From Squalus acanthias (lineage: Eukaryota), in assembly GCA_030390025.1 (NCBI GenBank), contig CM059433.1:16804001-16868000 (forward strand): DNA of 64,000 nucleotides, in the 5' to 3' direction. A program made the position numbers and the translations under genes. Every line of letters starts with the position of its first letter. The first letter of the stretch is position 1. The notes under the pieces were generated by a model, which was given only the letters and a program-made list of their open reading frames with translations, was not told the DNA's origin and ran no database searches. This document shows, piece by piece, positions 61,106 through 64,000 of this stretch.

Positions 61106-61643
61106 GCTTCACCGGGACACCGTTAAAACACTCGCGGCGAAAATCTTCAGGGAGATTGGTTTATATAAAGTTATTATTTTTTTTTTGCCTTTATGTCTTG
61201 TTATCTTCCCCCCCCCCCTCCCCCCGTTATTTTTGCGGTTTGCTTCCTTTCCCCCCCCCCCCCCACCTGTTTGTTAAGTGTTTTTTTTCTTCTGTTCCTC
61301 GCCTTTCTTCAATTGTTTTTTTTTGATGTTTTGGCTTATTTCTCTCTCTGTCTCTCTACCTTGGTGATGGCTGTAACCCACAGTGAGCGATGTTTCAAGC
61401 TTCCTGTAAGCTGGTGTACTGCCAGGGTTGCTGGGAGCTGTTGGTGCTCAGTGCCCATTCACTGGGGGTGGGGTGGGGGGGACACTGAGAGGCCAAGAGG
61501 TTGGCTTTTTTGGGGAAGAGCCCAGTGGCCTCTGCTCCCCCCCCCCCTTCCCATTCCCATTCAGTGGTCCACCAGTCTCTGAGTCGCTTCCTGCTCTCAA
61601 CACTTTGTCTTCACTCTGTCTGCCTCCGGTCCCTGCCCGGGAT

Positions 61644-62035
61644 CACCAACCCTACCAACCTCGCCTGTAGTTCACATCAATCTGCCCTGAACCACCAACC
61701 CTACCAACCTCGCCTATAGTTCACATCAATCTGCCCTGAACCATCAACCCTACCAACCTCGCCTGTAGTTCACATCAATCTGCCCTGAACCACCAACCCT
61801 ATCAACCTCGCCTGTAGTTCACATCAATCTGCCCTGAACCACCAACCCTACCAACCTCGCCTATAGTTCACATCAATCTGCCCTGAACCATCAACCCTAC
61901 CAACCTCGCCTGTAGTTCACATCAATCTGCCCTGAACCACCAACCCTACCAACCTCGCCTATAGTTCACATCAATCTGCCCTGAACCACCAACCCTACTA
62001 ACCTTGGCTATAGTTCACATCAGTGTGCCCTGACC
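61644..62035. repeat. 49-bp minisatellite, ~8 copies
   Basis: Unit CAACCCTACCAACCTCGCCTRTAGTTCACATCAATCTGCCCTGAACCAY. Confidence 0.95.
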
Positions 62036-62099
62036 TCACCGTCTACTCCAGCCCGCAACCACATCTCTGCCTCCCAAATGTCAACAACGAGACGCCACC

Positions 62100-63340
62100 A
62101 ACTTCAGATCGGGTATATTTGTTTCTTTAAGTGCAACAAAAAAAAATCCTTCGGTATAACTCTTCCAAATTATTTCTCTAAAAATGTTGCACTTTTTGTA
62201 CAAGCTGCACCCTGCTATACATTTTCAACAACACTTCCACTTTCTTTCCAACTCTAACTTAATCAAGTTAAACATTCAGTCAGATTAACTATACTTTTTC
62301 TATGAGCTCTCCTGTACCTCCCAACAACATTCTACTCTATTTCACATGCATTAATTAGCACATTCAGCTGCTAAATCTGTCCAACTAACAACTACTGTTA
62401 AAATCATTAATAAATTGAACCATACAACACTTACTGCACTTGCGCCAACATTTAATAAACACAACCATGAATACACACCCCCACAACAAATCACTCAAAC
62501 ATCCCATTGAGACATACACATACGCTCCACAAAATTTACATAAATACACAAACACAAGTTGTATGAAAAATAAACACATCATGCAATAAATGCACATTAT
62601 ACTAAAACTTATCAATGGCATAAGGCACAGGCAACCAGATACAACACATCACACTAACTCAGTTGGGTGTGACCTCACCCCCGTTCAGATGGAGCTGTTC
62701 TTCAGCGTGAGGCCCCAAAACCTCCCTTGGGAGCCTCTGCATCACAACTTGAGCCTTCTTTCAGAAATTCCCTCTGTGCCATTTGAATCTGCATGGAGAG
62801 ATTTCCTGTATAAACTGCTGGCATACCCTCTATTTCTTCTCCCTTGACTTCTGTCCAGATGTACTGCAGTGGAACCTTTTTCAAATCGGAGGAGGGGGGA
62901 AAGGAGGCAGTGGAGAGCTCTGTATATGGAAATCCATCCCAGCACCAATGGGGACTTGCGATGGAGAGTGTTGCACAGCGCGGTGGCATCAAAGATTGCT
63001 GAGCAAACTTCATGAATACCTCAACCACACTGTGGAGTGAACGAAACAACCATTTATATATATGTGCAGTGCCAGAGCTTGCACCTCCTGTTTCACCACC
63101 TAAAGGAGCTGCTCCTAAGGTTGTGGTTGAATTTCTCATCTATGCTTCTCATCCTTGATCCCATTGAGGTTGGGGTGGGGGGGGGGCACCAGTAGGCAGA
63201 GGGCCTCCTGGTCCGTCTGCTCCAAGCTTGGCGAAAGTCGCCATCCACAGGTCCAGGATGCATAAAATCGAGGGTATAGGGTCCTCTGGATGCATGTCCC
63301 TCTTCCGAGGACTCGTACGTGCTCGGGTGACCCTGGAGCA
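62100..63340 (-). mobile_element. Possible degraded L1/Tx1-like LINE 3' region
   Basis: Broken minus-strand frames (YRALHCLL) followed by a long T/G-rich UTR-like tract. No decisive motif. Confidence 0.3.
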
Positions 63341-64000
63341 GGATCATCTGGTGCCCACCGGATTGCTTAAAAGCATTTCACGAATGGTGTCACCACGGGA
63401 CATGCGTTGACTGTCAGAATAGAATATTATTCTCGTGCCTTTTTAGTTGTTGTGAACCAGTTGTTTCAGTGGTGCCCTGCTTGTAATAGGGGGCAGTGCT
63501 TGTCAGTGTTTGCAGCACCTCAATGCTGTCAAACACTGACAACTGTCAAACTCAATGTGGACGTGGTCCCTTTAAGGAAACCGGCTGATGACGCGTCATC
63601 AAATGATGTCATTAGACCCGCTTCCTGTTAATTGGTCGGGAAGCCCGCAGGGCGGGCTTAACAAGGCCAATCAAGGGAAAATTCCTTTGACAGAGCAGCT
63701 GCAGCCAGGATCGTGACTGGAACCCGGAAACCAGCTCTCAGCCACCATCCCGCCTCTTATGGGAAATTCGCGGCCTTAGCACTAGATACTTATAAATCTC
63801 CTGTAGTATTATTCACATGCAATTTGGGGCATGGAGAGGAGTATATTTGTTAATCACGCTGAGCTGATCTCAACGAAGTGCCCCTCCCCCTCTTCCCCCC
63901 CCCCTTCTCCCGCCCACCCCCCTCCCTTCCCTGTTTTAGAAATTGAGACTTCCCAATGTCCAATCATGTACACTGTGCGTTGTAGTGTGTAAAGTTTGGT

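Overview
Eukaryotic, repeat-dense vertebrate DNA, most likely a cartilaginous fish (shark). This is inferred from an HE1-type V-SINE, a SacSINE1/Deu-type SINE and abundant CR1 and PIF/Harbinger copies. No intact, recognisable host protein gene is present. The window holds: (i) several degraded two-gene Harbinger transposons (HARBI1-like DDE nuclease plus a 3-exon Myb/SANT gene, tail to tail) and many derived MITEs; (ii) a 4.2-kb hAT-type element (15-bp TIRs, 8-bp TSD) in a Harbinger intron that carries a CCAAT/GC promoter rather than a recognisable transposase; (iii) two TSD-bounded solo LTRs; (iv) at least seven Penelope-type minimal hammerhead ribozyme motifs in two families, one showing stem-I covariation; (v) an ~11.3-kb 16-bp satellite with higher-order duplications, which accounts for all the giant + strand ORFs; (vi) an apparent bidirectional CpG promoter at ~58.8-61.1 kb split by four retroelement insertions, with a speculative small multi-exon gene running leftwards from it. 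Family names come from recalled motifs, not database searches. Boundaries lacking a TSD are approximate.
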